39,397 bases of DNA from an uncultured Clostridia bacterium (GCA_946648015.1 CAMPCZ010000003.1:1-39397); one strand, 5' to 3'; counted from the first letter of the stretch, positions 27,996-38,020 are shown. Program-made: numbers and translations. The notes: generated from the letters alone by a model not told the origin.

Positions 27996-30907
27996 TCACC
28001 ATTATCAAGATGTTGGCGGCGGGGCTGATGAAACACCCCAACATAGCGCGCCACGCGCTCAAAGTGAAAAAGAAAGTGTTTCGTCCCGTTGCCGAGTTGA
28101 CGGTAGACGCCTACCCCACGGCCGAGCCTATAGCGCTGTCGGCGGTGGACAACGTCGAGGCCGTTCGCATGAAAAAAGGCAAACTGTGGGCACGGGAGCA
28201 CTTCGGTTCGTGCTGGTTCCACCTGATGGGAACGGTGCCCGCCGAGGCCGCGGGCGCTCATTTGGTCATATTGATGAAGGTGCAGGGCGAGGGTTTGTCG
28301 TACGACGGCGACGAAACGGGCGACCTTATCACCTCTATTTTGTCGGTACCCGACGTGTTGCAACCCCCCACCGTCGGCAAGTGCGTCATAGACCTTGGCG
28401 AGGGCGCCGCGGCAGGCACCGCTGTCGACAAATGGGTGGATGCGGGCTACAACGGCATCAACGGCAATTTCCTTTTCAAAGCCAAGTTTTGCTATGCCAC
28501 TTTGGCCGTGCGCGACGAGGCATTGTGGGACTACTACTACGACTATATGACGTTGGCGTTGCTGTTGGCGACCGACGGCCGCAATCCGCGCTTGACGCCC
28601 GCGCTCAAAGAGAAATTGCTGTCTACCCTTGCCGAAGCCAACGTATTGTACGACAATCACCGGCTGGAGGCCGCGCATAAGGTGCTGCGCCGCTACTACG
28701 ATCTGCCCAATACCCAAGAGGGCGTGCGCTACACGCTGGTGGGGCACGCGCACCTCGACTTAGCCTGGATGTGGCCCAAGCGCGAAAGTATGCGCAAGGC
28801 CGTGCGTTCGCTTACCAATGCGGTGCGTCAAGCCGAGCGTTGCCCCGACTACGTGTTTGGCGTTAGCCAAGCCCAAATGCTCGATTGGGTGCGCCAAAGC
28901 ACCCCCACGTTGTTTGAAAAGTTGCGCCAACTGGTGGACAAAGGCAACGTGGAATTGCAGGGCGGTATGTGGGTAGAGTGCGATTGCAATTTGCCTTCGG
29001 GCGAGAGTTTGGTGCGCCAATTCGTCTATGGCGACGAATTCTTTTTGCGCTACTTCGGGCGCACTTCGTCTACGGTGTGGCTGCCCGACGCGTTCGGTTT
29101 TCCCTACACGTTGCCGCAAATCATCAAAGGTGTGGGCAAGGCTTATTTCGCCACCACCAAAATCAACTGGAACAGAGTCAACAAATTCCCCTACCAAAGT
29201 TTTCGCTGGATAGGGCCCGACGGTAGCGCGGTGCTCGCGCATATATCGCCCGAAGGCACCTATTGCAACGATGGCACCCCGCTGGCGGTGGCCAAGGCCG
29301 AGGCGCGCAACGTGCAAAAAGAAACGGGCACGGCGCTCCTCATCTACGGCGTAGGCGACGGTGGCGGCGGCCCCGGCGAGGGACACGTGCAGTTGGCGCG
29401 TCGCTCGGTAGGGTTGGAGGGCATGGCGCGCACACGGCTTGGCAGTGCCCAAAGCTTTTTTGAAGAGTTGGCCGAGGTAAAGGGCTTGCCCGACTACGAC
29501 GGCGAATTGTACCTCGAATACCACCGCGGCACCTATACCTCGCAGGCCGCCAACAAGCGGTGTAATCGCATAGCCGAGCGCGAGTTGCATACACTCGAGT
29601 GGTTGTTGGCACAAAAGGGATTGGACGACCATTGCACGCACGAGCTGTGGAAAACGGTGCTTTTCAACCAATTTCACGATATTTTGCCGGGGTCGGGCAT
29701 AGAGCGCGTTCATCGCGAGAGCGTGGACGAATTGCAGTCCGCCATAGACAGGATGCGGCGCGAAATAGCCGCCTTGCTGCCTGCGAAAGAAGGCGTGGGC
29801 TGGCTCAATCCCTCCCCCTTCGGTCGCGCCGAGTACCAAACCCACCAAGGCGCCGTCTATCTCGTGCGGGCGGATGGCTACAGTTCGGCCACCTACACGC
29901 CCGTTGCCACAGATAGCCGCGTAGGGGACGATTGTATCGAAAACGATTTGGTAAAAGTGGTCTTTGACAAAGGCGTCATCGTATCCTATCGGGACAAAAC
30001 CACCGGGATCGAGCACGCCAAAGGCGGGCTGAACCGCTTGCGCCTCTACTACGACAAGGACAAGCGCTACGACGCATGGAACCTCGGGCCGGACTACCAA
30101 AACCACCCACGCGCCATACGCTATCTGGGCGCCGAGGCCTATATGGATGGCGGGGACGCCGTGATGGCATTGCGCTTTGGATTGCCCCACGGCGAGGTGC
30201 GGCAACAAGTGCGTTTGGGGTACGGCAAAGCGGTGCGCTTCGACACCGTGGTGGATTGGTATGAGGAGCACCTTGACTTGCGCGCCGACTTTGTGCCCAC
30301 CATCTATGCGCCCAAGGCGACTTGCGATATCCAATTCGGTTCCATCGAGCGCGACACCACCAACGATACCTCGATAGCGCGCGCTCAAATCGAAGTTTGC
30401 GCGCACAAATACGTCTCCGTCGCCGACGAAAGGGGCATATTTGCGCTGTACAACGATTGCAAGTACGGCCACCGCCTCAAAGAGGGAGTGCTGAGCCTCA
30501 ACCTGCTGCGCAGTCCCAAAAAGCCCGACCCGCAATGCGATATGGGCACGCATCATTTTTCCTATGCGATGGATATACCCGCCGACCCCATGGCGGCGGT
30601 CGCAGCCGCATACAATTTCAATATGCCTATGCTCAAGACCGAGGGAGACGCCGCCATACGGCCGATGGTGTCGGCGGATAGCTCCAACGTGGTGATAGAG
30701 ACAATCAAACCGCGCCGCGACGGCAAAGGCTTTGCGGTGCGCCTCTACGAGCGATCGGGCGTTGCCACCGAGTGCAAATTGTCGTTTGCCGCGCCCTACA
30801 AGAGTTTGGCAGTTGCCGATTTGTTGGAGCAAAACGCCCGCCCCGCCGAAGAAGTGCTACGCTTTGCGCCGCACGAGATCAAGACTTTGTTGGTCGAAAG
30901 GGAGTAG
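27992..30907 (+). CDS. GH38 alpha-mannosidase
   Basis: GHAHLDLAWMW (Zn site), GGMWVECD, SGESLVRQ, WLPDAFG (nucleophile), GDGGGGP, GELYLEYHRGTYTSQ, QFHDILPGS; ATGA overlap with the kinase gene. Confidence 0.94.
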   Translation: MITIIKMLAAGLMKHPNIARHALKVKKKVFRPVAELTVDAYPTAEPIALSAVDNVEAVRMKKGKLWAREHFGSCWFHLMGTVPAEAAGAHLVILMKVQGEGLSYDGDETGDLITSILSVPDVLQPPTVGKCVIDLGEGAAAGTAVDKWVDAGYNGINGNFLFKAKFCYATLAVRDEALWDYYYDYMTLALLLATDGRNPRLTPALKEKLLSTLAEANVLYDNHRLEAAHKVLRRYYDLPNTQEGVRYTLVGHAHLDLAWMWPKRESMRKAVRSLTNAVRQAERCPDYVFGVSQAQMLDWVRQSTPTLFEKLRQLVDKGNVELQGGMWVECDCNLPSGESLVRQFVYGDEFFLRYFGRTSSTVWLPDAFGFPYTLPQIIKGVGKAYFATTKINWNRVNKFPYQSFRWIGPDGSAVLAHISPEGTYCNDGTPLAVAKAEARNVQKETGTALLIYGVGDGGGGPGEGHVQLARRSVGLEGMARTRLGSAQSFFEELAEVKGLPDYDGELYLEYHRGTYTSQAANKRCNRIAERELHTLEWLLAQKGLDDHCTHELWKTVLFNQFHDILPGSGIERVHRESVDELQSAIDRMRREIAALLPAKEGVGWLNPSPFGRAEYQTHQGAVYLVRADGYSSATYTPVATDSRVGDDCIENDLVKVVFDKGVIVSYRDKTTGIEHAKGGLNRLRLYYDKDKRYDAWNLGPDYQNHPRAIRYLGAEAYMDGGDAVMALRFGLPHGEVRQQVRLGYGKAVRFDTVVDWYEEHLDLRADFVPTIYAPKATCDIQFGSIERDTTNDTSIARAQIEVCAHKYVSVADERGIFALYNDCKYGHRLKEGVLSLNLLRSPKKPDPQCDMGTHHFSYAMDIPADPMAAVAAAYNFNMPMLKTEGDAAIRPMVSADSSNVVIETIKPRRDGKGFAVRLYERSGVATECKLSFAAPYKSLAVADLLEQNARPAEEVLRFAPHEIKTLLVERE

Positions 30908-30918
30908 AAACGAAACCC

Positions 30919-30956
30919 AAAAGGTCGATATGCCGGCGTGGCATATCGACCTTTTT
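30919..30956. terminator. Bidirectional intrinsic terminator
   Basis: AAAAGGTCGATATGCC-loop-GGCATATCGACCTTTTT. Confidence 0.85.
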
Positions 30957-30970
30957 GTCGGTATAGCGCG

Positions 30971-31576
30971 CTATACCGGCACGCAGTCCTGCTCGTTGAG
31001 GATCAATTTGACCGAGCCCTGTTTCTCCTGACACAGCGGGCAGGTCTCAAAGGCCTCTTTGCCTTCGGCTTGGTAGCCGCAGGAAGGGCATTCCCACACC
31101 ACCGATTTTTCCTTGCAATATTGGGTGTCGTCTTTGAATTGGCGATACAGGTCGGTGAGTATGCGATGGTGGCGTTGTTCCACTTTGGCCACGTTGTCAA
31201 AAAGGCCCGCTATGTCGTCGAAGCCCTCGTCGCGGGCGGTTTTGGCAAAAGAGGGGTAGATAGTATAGCCCTCGTCCTCTTCGTCCATCGCCGCAAGGCG
31301 CAGGTTTTCCACCAAATCCCATTTTTCGCGGAAGGGGTAGCCCGAGCTGATGTCTATGTTGTTGATGGTCTTGTTAGTAGCCGATTGAATGAAGCTATAA
31401 AACATACGCGCATGGTTAAATTCGTTGTAGGCCAACTTGTCTATCTCGGCCGCCAACGCCTTGTAGCCCTGCTGTCTTGCGCCGTATTCCAAGTATTCGT
31501 AGCGCGCCCGCGCCATACATTCTCCCGCAAACGCTTTGGCCAAATTGAAATAGGTTTTGCTTTTTACTAATTCCAT
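30971..31576 (-). CDS. rbr: Rubrerythrin (di-iron domain + C-terminal rubredoxin-like domain)
   Basis: NLAKAFAGE, EFNHA, YPSFAKTARDEGF, EQRH, CPSC...CPLC; AAGGAGGT RBS. Confidence 0.92.
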   Translation of the reverse strand: MELVKSKTYFNLAKAFAGECMARARYEYLEYGARQQGYKALAAEIDKLAYNEFNHARMFYSFIQSATNKTINNIDISSGYPFREKWDLVENLRLAAMDEEDEGYTIYPSFAKTARDEGFDDIAGLFDNVAKVEQRHHRILTDLYRQFKDDTQYCKEKSVVWECPSCGYQAEGKEAFETCPLCQEKQGSVKLILNEQDCVPV

Positions 31577-31674
31577 AATACCTCCTTATGCGACATTGTC
31601 GTACAGAAGGATAATGCCCCAAAACGCACTTTCCTATTCGTCGATATGCGCCCTATGGGGCAATTTGGCGCCTT

Positions 31675-32361
31675 TTAGGCCAAAAGTTCCCGCAAAACCC
31701 TCAAATATCGCTCGCAATCCACCTTGCCCGACGCCAAAATGTCCACCGAAATGCCTCGCCCTGCGGGGGCTTTGCTTAGGCTTGCCGCCAAGGCTTCGTT
31801 GGCGTCGAAAGTGCGTGTGGCTTGCGTCAACGCTGCCAAAAGCGAGCGTACCAACAGGTAATGGGTACACCCTATCACGAGGTTGTCGTACGGCCCCGCG
31901 GGCAATGCGCGCCGACAGTAATCCTCTATGGGCGCAAGGTGCGGATAATGTGCGTCGATCAGTTGCGCCAGTCGGGGCAGCGCCACCACGTCCAGTAGGG
32001 CGTCGCTCTTGTAGTGCGCGGCGGTATATGCGGTGGCTATCAAGAGGGTTTTGCCGCCGCTCCGCTGCGCGTCGTATAGGGCAGGCGTCACGCCGTATAT
32101 GGGTACCGCCAAAGCGGCGGCAAGATGCTCTTTGGCGGCAATGGTAGCCGTGTTGCACGCCAGCACGATGCGATCGGCGCCCCTTGCTACGAGCGATTCG
32201 GCCGCCTCTTGCGCCGCCTCTATGATGGCATGGGCGGGTAGATTGCCGTAGGGCGCGTGGCGCGTGTCGGCATAGTAGCAATAGGCGTGGTCTACCTTTG
32301 CTTTGCACAAAGCGGACAGAGTAGTCAGGCCGCCCATACCGCTGTCTATAATTCCAACCAT
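31675..32361 (-). CDS. murI: Glutamate racemase
   Basis: DSGMGG, PYG, VLACNTAT and IGCTHY (two catalytic Cys). Confidence 0.9.
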   Translation of the reverse strand: MVGIIDSGMGGLTTLSALCKAKVDHAYCYYADTRHAPYGNLPAHAIIEAAQEAAESLVARGADRIVLACNTATIAAKEHLAAALAVPIYGVTPALYDAQRSGGKTLLIATAYTAAHYKSDALLDVVALPRLAQLIDAHYPHLAPIEDYCRRALPAGPYDNLVIGCTHYLLVRSLLAALTQATRTFDANEALAASLSKAPAGRGISVDILASGKVDCERYLRVLRELLA

Positions 32362-32479
32362 AGTATATTATATAATTTTTTTTGCTAACTGTGTTAGAAA
32401 TTGCTTGCAAAATCGCTCGTTGTATAGTAGTATAATTAAAGTCTATACTTTGACAAATTTACCATAAAAGGGGTACAAT

Positions 32480-34498
32480 ATGAAAGTTTTTGAAACAAAT
32501 GCAATCCGTAACGTAGCGCTCATCGGGCACGGCGGCGAAGGTAAAACTTCTTTGGCCGAGGCGATGCTGTTCAACGCCAAGTCTATAGACCGCTTGGGTC
32601 GTGTGGACGACGGCAACTCCACTATGGACTACGATCCCGAAGAGATCGCCCGCAAGATCTCCATCGGTTTGTCCGCCGGCTACGCGGTGTGGAAAGACGT
32701 CAAGATCAACGTACTCGACACGCCCGGATTTTTCGACTTTGAGGGCGAAGTCATCGCCGCGTTGCACGTCTGCGAGGCCGCCGTTATCGTTACCAGCGCT
32801 TCGGGCAATATGACCGTAGGCACCGAAAAGGCGTTGGAGATGGTAGGCGAACGCAAAAAACCCGCCATTCTTTTCGTCAACGGCGTCACCAAAGAGAACG
32901 CCAACTATGTGGAGACCATCAACGCCATTCGCGCATCTTACTCCAAGGTCGTTATGGCCGAGATCCCCATCGTCGAGGCTCTCACCATGAAGGGTTACGT
33001 CAACGTGTTGGAAGGCAAGGCCTTCGACATGAACGGCAACGAGATCGCCATTCCCGCCGCTCTGCAATCGGCATACGAAGAGGCTCGCCTCGAGATCGTT
33101 GAGTTGGCCGCCGAGACCGACGACGCCTTGATGGAGAAGTATTTTGAAGAGGGCGACTTGTCGCACGACGAGGTCATCTCGGGCATCAAAGCCGCTATCG
33201 CGCAAGACAGCGCCATTCTCGCATACGGCGGCTCCGCCACCCAAAACGTGGGCGTCACCAACTTGATGGACGCCATTATCAAATTCGTTCCCGCTCCCGT
33301 CGCCAAGACCGAGGGCACCTGCCTGCAAGTCTTCAAGAGCGTGGTAGACCCCTTCGTGGGCAAATTGTTGCTCTTCAAGGTAGAGGGCGGCTCGGTTGCT
33401 TCGGGCATGAGCCTCAACAACGTCAATGCCGACAAGCAAGAGCGCATCAGCAGCCTCTATTGTCTCAAGGGCAAAAAGCAAGAGGGCGTGGACAAATTGA
33501 ACGCGGGCGACATCGGTGCCGTGGCCAAATTGAGCTACACCAAGACGGGCGACACCTTGGGTGACGACAGCGTTACCGAGCCCTTCGACGCCATTCCCTT
33601 CCCCGCTCCCGTCATTGCGTTGGCTATCAACGCCGCCAAAGTGGACGATCAAGAGAAAGTCATCGCCAGCATCTACAAGATGTTGGAGGAAGAGAGCACC
33701 GTATCCATCGAGCAAAACGCCGAGACCAACGAGACCCTGTTGTGCGGTATGGGCGAAATGCAGTTGGACATCATCTGCAAAAAGGTTAAGAATAAATACA
33801 ACGTGGACGCATTGTTGCGCGAACCCCGCGTAAGCTATCGCGAAGCCATTCACCATTCGGCCGAGGCCGTCGGTCGCCACAAGAAGCAAACGGGCGGCGC
33901 CGGTCAATTCGGTCAATGCTCGGTGCGCTTTGAGCCGGGTGCCGCGGATGGCGTGTTCGAGTTTGTAGACGCCGTCGTTGGCGGTGCCATTCCCCGTCAA
34001 TTTATCCCCGCGGTCGAAAAGGGCTTGCGCGAGGCATTCAAAACCGGTGTGTTGGCCGGCTACCCCATGATCGACCTCAAATGCACCGTATTCGACGGCA
34101 AATATCACCCCGTCGACAGCAAGGAGATCGCCTTTATCTCGGCTGCCAAATTGGCGTATGAGGAGGGTATCAACAAGGCCGGTCCCTACTTCCTCGAGCC
34201 TGTCAACGACGTCAAGATCATCGTGCCCGAGAGTTATCTCGGCGACGTTATGGGTGACGTAAGCAAACGCCGTGGCGCCATCAAGTTCACCGAGCAAGAG
34301 AATGGCAAGCAAATCATTTCCGCCTCCATTCCCCAAGCCGAGATGCTCAAGTACGCCACCGACCTGCGCTCTATGACCCAAGGTCGCGGCCGCTTCGTCA
34401 GCACTTTTGCCGAGTATCAGGAAGTGCCCGCCAGCGCCAACGCCAAGATCATCGAAGACGCCAAAAAGCGCAAAGCCGAATTGGACGCTCGCAAGTAA
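32480..34498 (+). CDS. fusA: Elongation factor G paralogue (EF-G2/EF-G-like)
   Basis: IRNVALIGHGGEGKT, DTPG, GMGEMQL, PRVSYRE, HKKQTGGAGQFG, GVLAGYP, DGKYHPVDS, LEP, YATDLRSMTQGRG; stand-alone, not in an rpsL-rpsG-tuf operon. Confidence 0.9.
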   Translation: MKVFETNAIRNVALIGHGGEGKTSLAEAMLFNAKSIDRLGRVDDGNSTMDYDPEEIARKISIGLSAGYAVWKDVKINVLDTPGFFDFEGEVIAALHVCEAAVIVTSASGNMTVGTEKALEMVGERKKPAILFVNGVTKENANYVETINAIRASYSKVVMAEIPIVEALTMKGYVNVLEGKAFDMNGNEIAIPAALQSAYEEARLEIVELAAETDDALMEKYFEEGDLSHDEVISGIKAAIAQDSAILAYGGSATQNVGVTNLMDAIIKFVPAPVAKTEGTCLQVFKSVVDPFVGKLLLFKVEGGSVASGMSLNNVNADKQERISSLYCLKGKKQEGVDKLNAGDIGAVAKLSYTKTGDTLGDDSVTEPFDAIPFPAPVIALAINAAKVDDQEKVIASIYKMLEEESTVSIEQNAETNETLLCGMGEMQLDIICKKVKNKYNVDALLREPRVSYREAIHHSAEAVGRHKKQTGGAGQFGQCSVRFEPGAADGVFEFVDAVVGGAIPRQFIPAVEKGLREAFKTGVLAGYPMIDLKCTVFDGKYHPVDSKEIAFISAAKLAYEEGINKAGPYFLEPVNDVKIIVPESYLGDVMGDVSKRRGAIKFTEQENGKQIISASIPQAEMLKYATDLRSMTQGRGRFVSTFAEYQEVPASANAKIIEDAKKRKAELDARK

Positions 34499-34512
34499 TT
34501 TGTTTCAAATGT

Positions 34513-34541
34513 AAACCCTCGGCCTCGGCCGAGGGTTTTTT
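34513..34541 (+). terminator. Intrinsic terminator after the EF-G paralogue
   Basis: AAACCCTCGGCC-TC-GGCCGAGGGTTTTTT. Confidence 0.88.
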
Positions 34542-34590
34542 CGTGCAATCTTGCATTTTGTAAGCGTTGGTCTGCCTGATTTTGGAAGAT

Positions 34591-34619
34591 TTGACAGAAT
34601 GTTGCATTGGTGATATACT
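34591..34619 (+). promoter_or_regulatory. sigmaA extended -10 promoter of the lipoprotein gene
   Basis: TTGACA, 17 bp spacer, TG-a-TATACT. Confidence 0.78.
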
Positions 34620-34652
34620 ATCTATATAAGCGCATATGCGCGGGAGGCAGTT

Positions 34653-35651
34653 ATGAAAAGATTTAGCATAGTCATTGCTGTATTGATGGTGGCGGTTTTG
34701 TGCCTTGCGGGGCTAACGGCTTGTTATCCGTCCAAACCCGCCAAACTCGACAAAGTGGTCGGTACGTACGAATTGATCGACTTTACGCGCACCTATAGCT
34801 CTGTCAACGCCGAAACGGGCGAGAGCGAATCGCAGGTGACCGACTATATTGCCGACAAGGGCGTCAAGGCCTATTTGGTTGTGCGCGCCGACGGTACGGG
34901 TTATTACGTCTACCAAGACAACGACACGCCGCTTTCGGCAAGGATAGTCAAAATCACCTATTCCTACGATGAAGAAGACCCCACTTTGGTGGAAAGCATC
35001 GTCTACGACAACGGCACCGCCTCTACGGGCGACGGCTACCCCGGCAAAGGGCGCGAACCGCTGGGCGTCTATTTCAAGGGACGCACCAAGGTGCTGTCCT
35101 ATTCATTGCCGGCGCTGTCGGGCAAGATACTCAAACGCGCCTATAGCCAGTCTGTCAAATACAGCCGCGTGGACAACGCCACCGACCTCAGCTACGTGCA
35201 AAAGCAGTTGGGCAAGACGCTTGCCGTGGCCGACTACGAGGTAGCCGGCTTGTCGGGCGTATTCTATTACCAAAGCCCCTACACGCCCGAGTATCCCTAC
35301 GTTTACTATATGATAGACTTGCGCGCCGCCGACAAAAAAGCGGACGTGTACTATATGTTCAAAGAGGACGAAGTTCCGCAAGAGCGTCGTGATTTGACCG
35401 TCAGTTTCGACGTGCCCGCCGACGCGCAGGAATACGGCGAGTATTATATTAAAGTGACGGTAGGCGACGACGTACTCTATGCGCCCTACAACAGCGGTAA
35501 GCCCGCTACTGCGTTGTGTCGGCTCGCCGAGGATAATGTAATAACGGAATGGTTCGACTACTATCGTGCGGGCGTCGATATAGCCTCGCTGCAGCAGCAG
35601 GGCCAAAGTGCATATGCCGAGTATAAGGCCTCCGTTGCCGAGGTCGAATAA
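34653..35651 (+). CDS. Hypothetical lipoprotein
   Basis: MKR + hydrophobic stretch + lipobox LTAC; Tyr/Asp-rich mature part; GGGAGG RBS. Confidence 0.8.
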   Translation: MKRFSIVIAVLMVAVLCLAGLTACYPSKPAKLDKVVGTYELIDFTRTYSSVNAETGESESQVTDYIADKGVKAYLVVRADGTGYYVYQDNDTPLSARIVKITYSYDEEDPTLVESIVYDNGTASTGDGYPGKGREPLGVYFKGRTKVLSYSLPALSGKILKRAYSQSVKYSRVDNATDLSYVQKQLGKTLAVADYEVAGLSGVFYYQSPYTPEYPYVYYMIDLRAADKKADVYYMFKEDEVPQERRDLTVSFDVPADAQEYGEYYIKVTVGDDVLYAPYNSGKPATALCRLAEDNVITEWFDYYRAGVDIASLQQQGQSAYAEYKASVAEVE

Positions 35652-35667
35652 GAGGTATCGTTTTGCC

Positions 35668-35698
35668 GCAAAAACCCCGCCGTGGGCGGGGTTTTTGC
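35668..35698 (+). terminator. Intrinsic terminator after the lipoprotein gene
   Basis: GCAAAAACCCCGCC-GTG-GGCGGGGTTTTTGC. Confidence 0.85.
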
Positions 35699-35819
35699 TC
35701 GTTTTGGCGCCGAAAAGACAAATCATGGGGTATTGAGGTAAAAAATATTGCTTAATGGGTTAAAAATAAAATATTATATGTTATAATTGTATAGTATCAC
35801 AATGATATGGAGGTAGATT

Positions 35820-37883
35820 ATGCCCACCAAAAGCATACGCGAGATGAGCAAGTTCGAGTTGATGCACTACTCGTTGCGCGCAAGGACGTTTCACGCCATA
35901 TTGGTATTGTCGCTGGTGCTTTGCTCTTTTGCGCTCGGCTTCGGCATTTTTTTCTATGTGCGCGACGCGGTTACCCAAGTGGAGCATAGCGTATCGTCTT
36001 TGTCCGAGATGTGTGCCGACGTTATAGACGGCGACCAACTACGATCCTATCGCGATAGGGTTTTTGCGGACGACGAAACGGTACTGGAAGATACCGGGTA
36101 TCGCACTTTGTCATCCGTGTTGGCGTCGGTCGCTCAGCACAACGATCTCAGTTCCATTTTTATCGGTATGCCCACGCCGGACGCATTGCAATTCCGCTTT
36201 ATTCTCAATCCCGACGAGTCCAACAGCACGCAGAAAGCGGGTGTAACCATAGATATGGACGAGGGGCGCACCAGGACCTACCAAGGTATTGGCGACATCA
36301 ACAACGCCATTGTGCTCAAACTCACCGACGGCACCTATGCTTGCTCGGCGGGCGCGCCCGTTTTTGCCTCGGACGGCACCATAGCGGGCTACGTCGTTTG
36401 CAACGTGGCGCTGACGCATATCGTCGAGATGTCGCGCACGTTTGTGTGGCAATTCGTCGTGGTGTTGGCCATCATTACCTTCATAGTGGCATTTTTCGTT
36501 ACCTGGCACATCAAGCGCACCGTTGCCGCTCCCATCAATCGCTTGGCCACGGCCGCCGCGCAATACGTGCAGGACAAGCGCGAAGGTAAAGATACCACCG
36601 ATCATTTCGCTTCTCTCAACATCAAGACGGGCGATGAGATCGAAAACCTTTCCCTGATTATGAGCGATATGGAGCAGGACTTGAGCGAATACGAAAAGAA
36701 CCTGACTGCCACTACGGCCGAAAAGGAGCGCATTGGCGCCGAGCTCGACATTGCCAGCCAGATCCAAGAGGGAATGCTGCCCAACATCTTCCCGCCTTTC
36801 CCCGATAGGCACGAATTCGATATATACGCCACTATGCACCCCGCCAAAGAGGTGGGCGGCGATTTTTACGATTTCTTCCTTATCGATGACGACCACTTGG
36901 CGTTGGTGATAGCGGACGTATCGGGCAAGGGCGTGCCCGCCGCTATGTTTATGATGGCCAGCAAGATACTCATCTACAACTATGCCGTCATAGACGGTAC
37001 CTCGCCCGCACGCATTCTCGAAAAGGTCAATCACACCATTTGTCTCAACAACAAGGCCGATATGTTCGTAACGGTTTGGCTGGGCATTTTGGAGTTGTCC
37101 ACCGGTCGCCTCAGGGCCGCCAACGCCGGCCACGAGTTCCCTGTTGTCGAGCGAGTGGGCGCGGGTTACGAACTTTTGCGCGATAAGCACGGGGTCGTCA
37201 TCGGTGCAATGGACGGCGTGCGCTATTGTGATTACGACGTCGAATTGTCGGCCGGAGATAGCATTTTCGTGTATACGGACGGTGTGCCCGAGGCCACCGA
37301 CCGCGACAATAGTCAGTATGGCGTCGAGCGTATGCTTGCGGCGCTCAATCGCGTAAAAGGTGCCGAATGCCGCACCATTCTCGAGGCAGTCAAGGGCGAT
37401 ATAGACGCCTTTGTGGGTGAAGCGCCGCAATTTGATGACGTTACCATGCTTGGCGTGCGCTACAACGGCGCGGGTATGGCTCGCAAGACTTTATTGGCGC
37501 GCCCCGAGGCCTTGCCCGAAGTGCTGGCCTTTGTGGACGCAGCGTTGGAGGCTGCGGAGTGCGCGCCCAAGGCGCAAATGCAAATCGACGTTGCCGTAGA
37601 GGAACTATTCGTCAATATCGCCAGCTATGCCTACGGTGCCGAAAGAGGTACGGCTGTGGTGGGCGTTGGCATAGATCTGCCCACGCGTATGGCCACTATA
37701 ACCTTTGCCGACAGCGGCACACCCTACGATCCGTTTGCCAAGGCCGACCCCGACATCACGTTGTCGGCCGAAGAGCGATCGGTGGGCGGACTGGGCGTAT
37801 TTATGGTCAAAAAGACGATGGACGAAGTGGCATACGAGTACAAAAACGGCCAAAACGTTACCACAATCCGCAAAAAGATATAG
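35820..37883 (+). CDS. Second membrane sensor HAMP-PP2C (SpoIIE-type) phosphatase with C-terminal RsbW-like kinase domain
   Basis: Two TM helices, HAMP (GDEIENL), GGDFYD, IADVSGKG, NAGH, YTDG, DDVT; kinase boxes EELFVN, DSG..YDP, GGLG. Confidence 0.92.
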   Translation: MPTKSIREMSKFELMHYSLRARTFHAILVLSLVLCSFALGFGIFFYVRDAVTQVEHSVSSLSEMCADVIDGDQLRSYRDRVFADDETVLEDTGYRTLSSVLASVAQHNDLSSIFIGMPTPDALQFRFILNPDESNSTQKAGVTIDMDEGRTRTYQGIGDINNAIVLKLTDGTYACSAGAPVFASDGTIAGYVVCNVALTHIVEMSRTFVWQFVVVLAIITFIVAFFVTWHIKRTVAAPINRLATAAAQYVQDKREGKDTTDHFASLNIKTGDEIENLSLIMSDMEQDLSEYEKNLTATTAEKERIGAELDIASQIQEGMLPNIFPPFPDRHEFDIYATMHPAKEVGGDFYDFFLIDDDHLALVIADVSGKGVPAAMFMMASKILIYNYAVIDGTSPARILEKVNHTICLNNKADMFVTVWLGILELSTGRLRAANAGHEFPVVERVGAGYELLRDKHGVVIGAMDGVRYCDYDVELSAGDSIFVYTDGVPEATDRDNSQYGVERMLAALNRVKGAECRTILEAVKGDIDAFVGEAPQFDDVTMLGVRYNGAGMARKTLLARPEALPEVLAFVDAALEAAECAPKAQMQIDVAVEELFVNIASYAYGAERGTAVVGVGIDLPTRMATITFADSGTPYDPFAKADPDITLSAEERSVGGLGVFMVKKTMDEVAYEYKNGQNVTTIRKKI

Positions 37884-38020
37884 CGATAAGCGAGCAAATT
37901 GTCGCCAAAAGCACTTGCGCCATTGTGGATATATGATATAATATAAATAGGCGACGTGCGGGGAAGTATCCGTGCGACTTGCCTATAGTATGCCTTGGGT
38001 ATAAAAAGAGGAGAATAGCA

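Noticed and set aside
28760-34381. Long antisense ORFs (for example 28760-30832, 32459-34381; also 9228-10772, 22064-23692)
   Set aside because: They mirror well-supported genes on the opposite strand, as expected from GC-rich codon bias, and show no recognisable motifs or RBS
37997-38002. GGGTAT hexamers (also near 56 and 35728) as SigB-type -10 elements for the partner-switch genes
   Set aside because: No GTTT-type -35 at the expected 12-14 bp spacing; sigmaA-type -10 elements explain these regions
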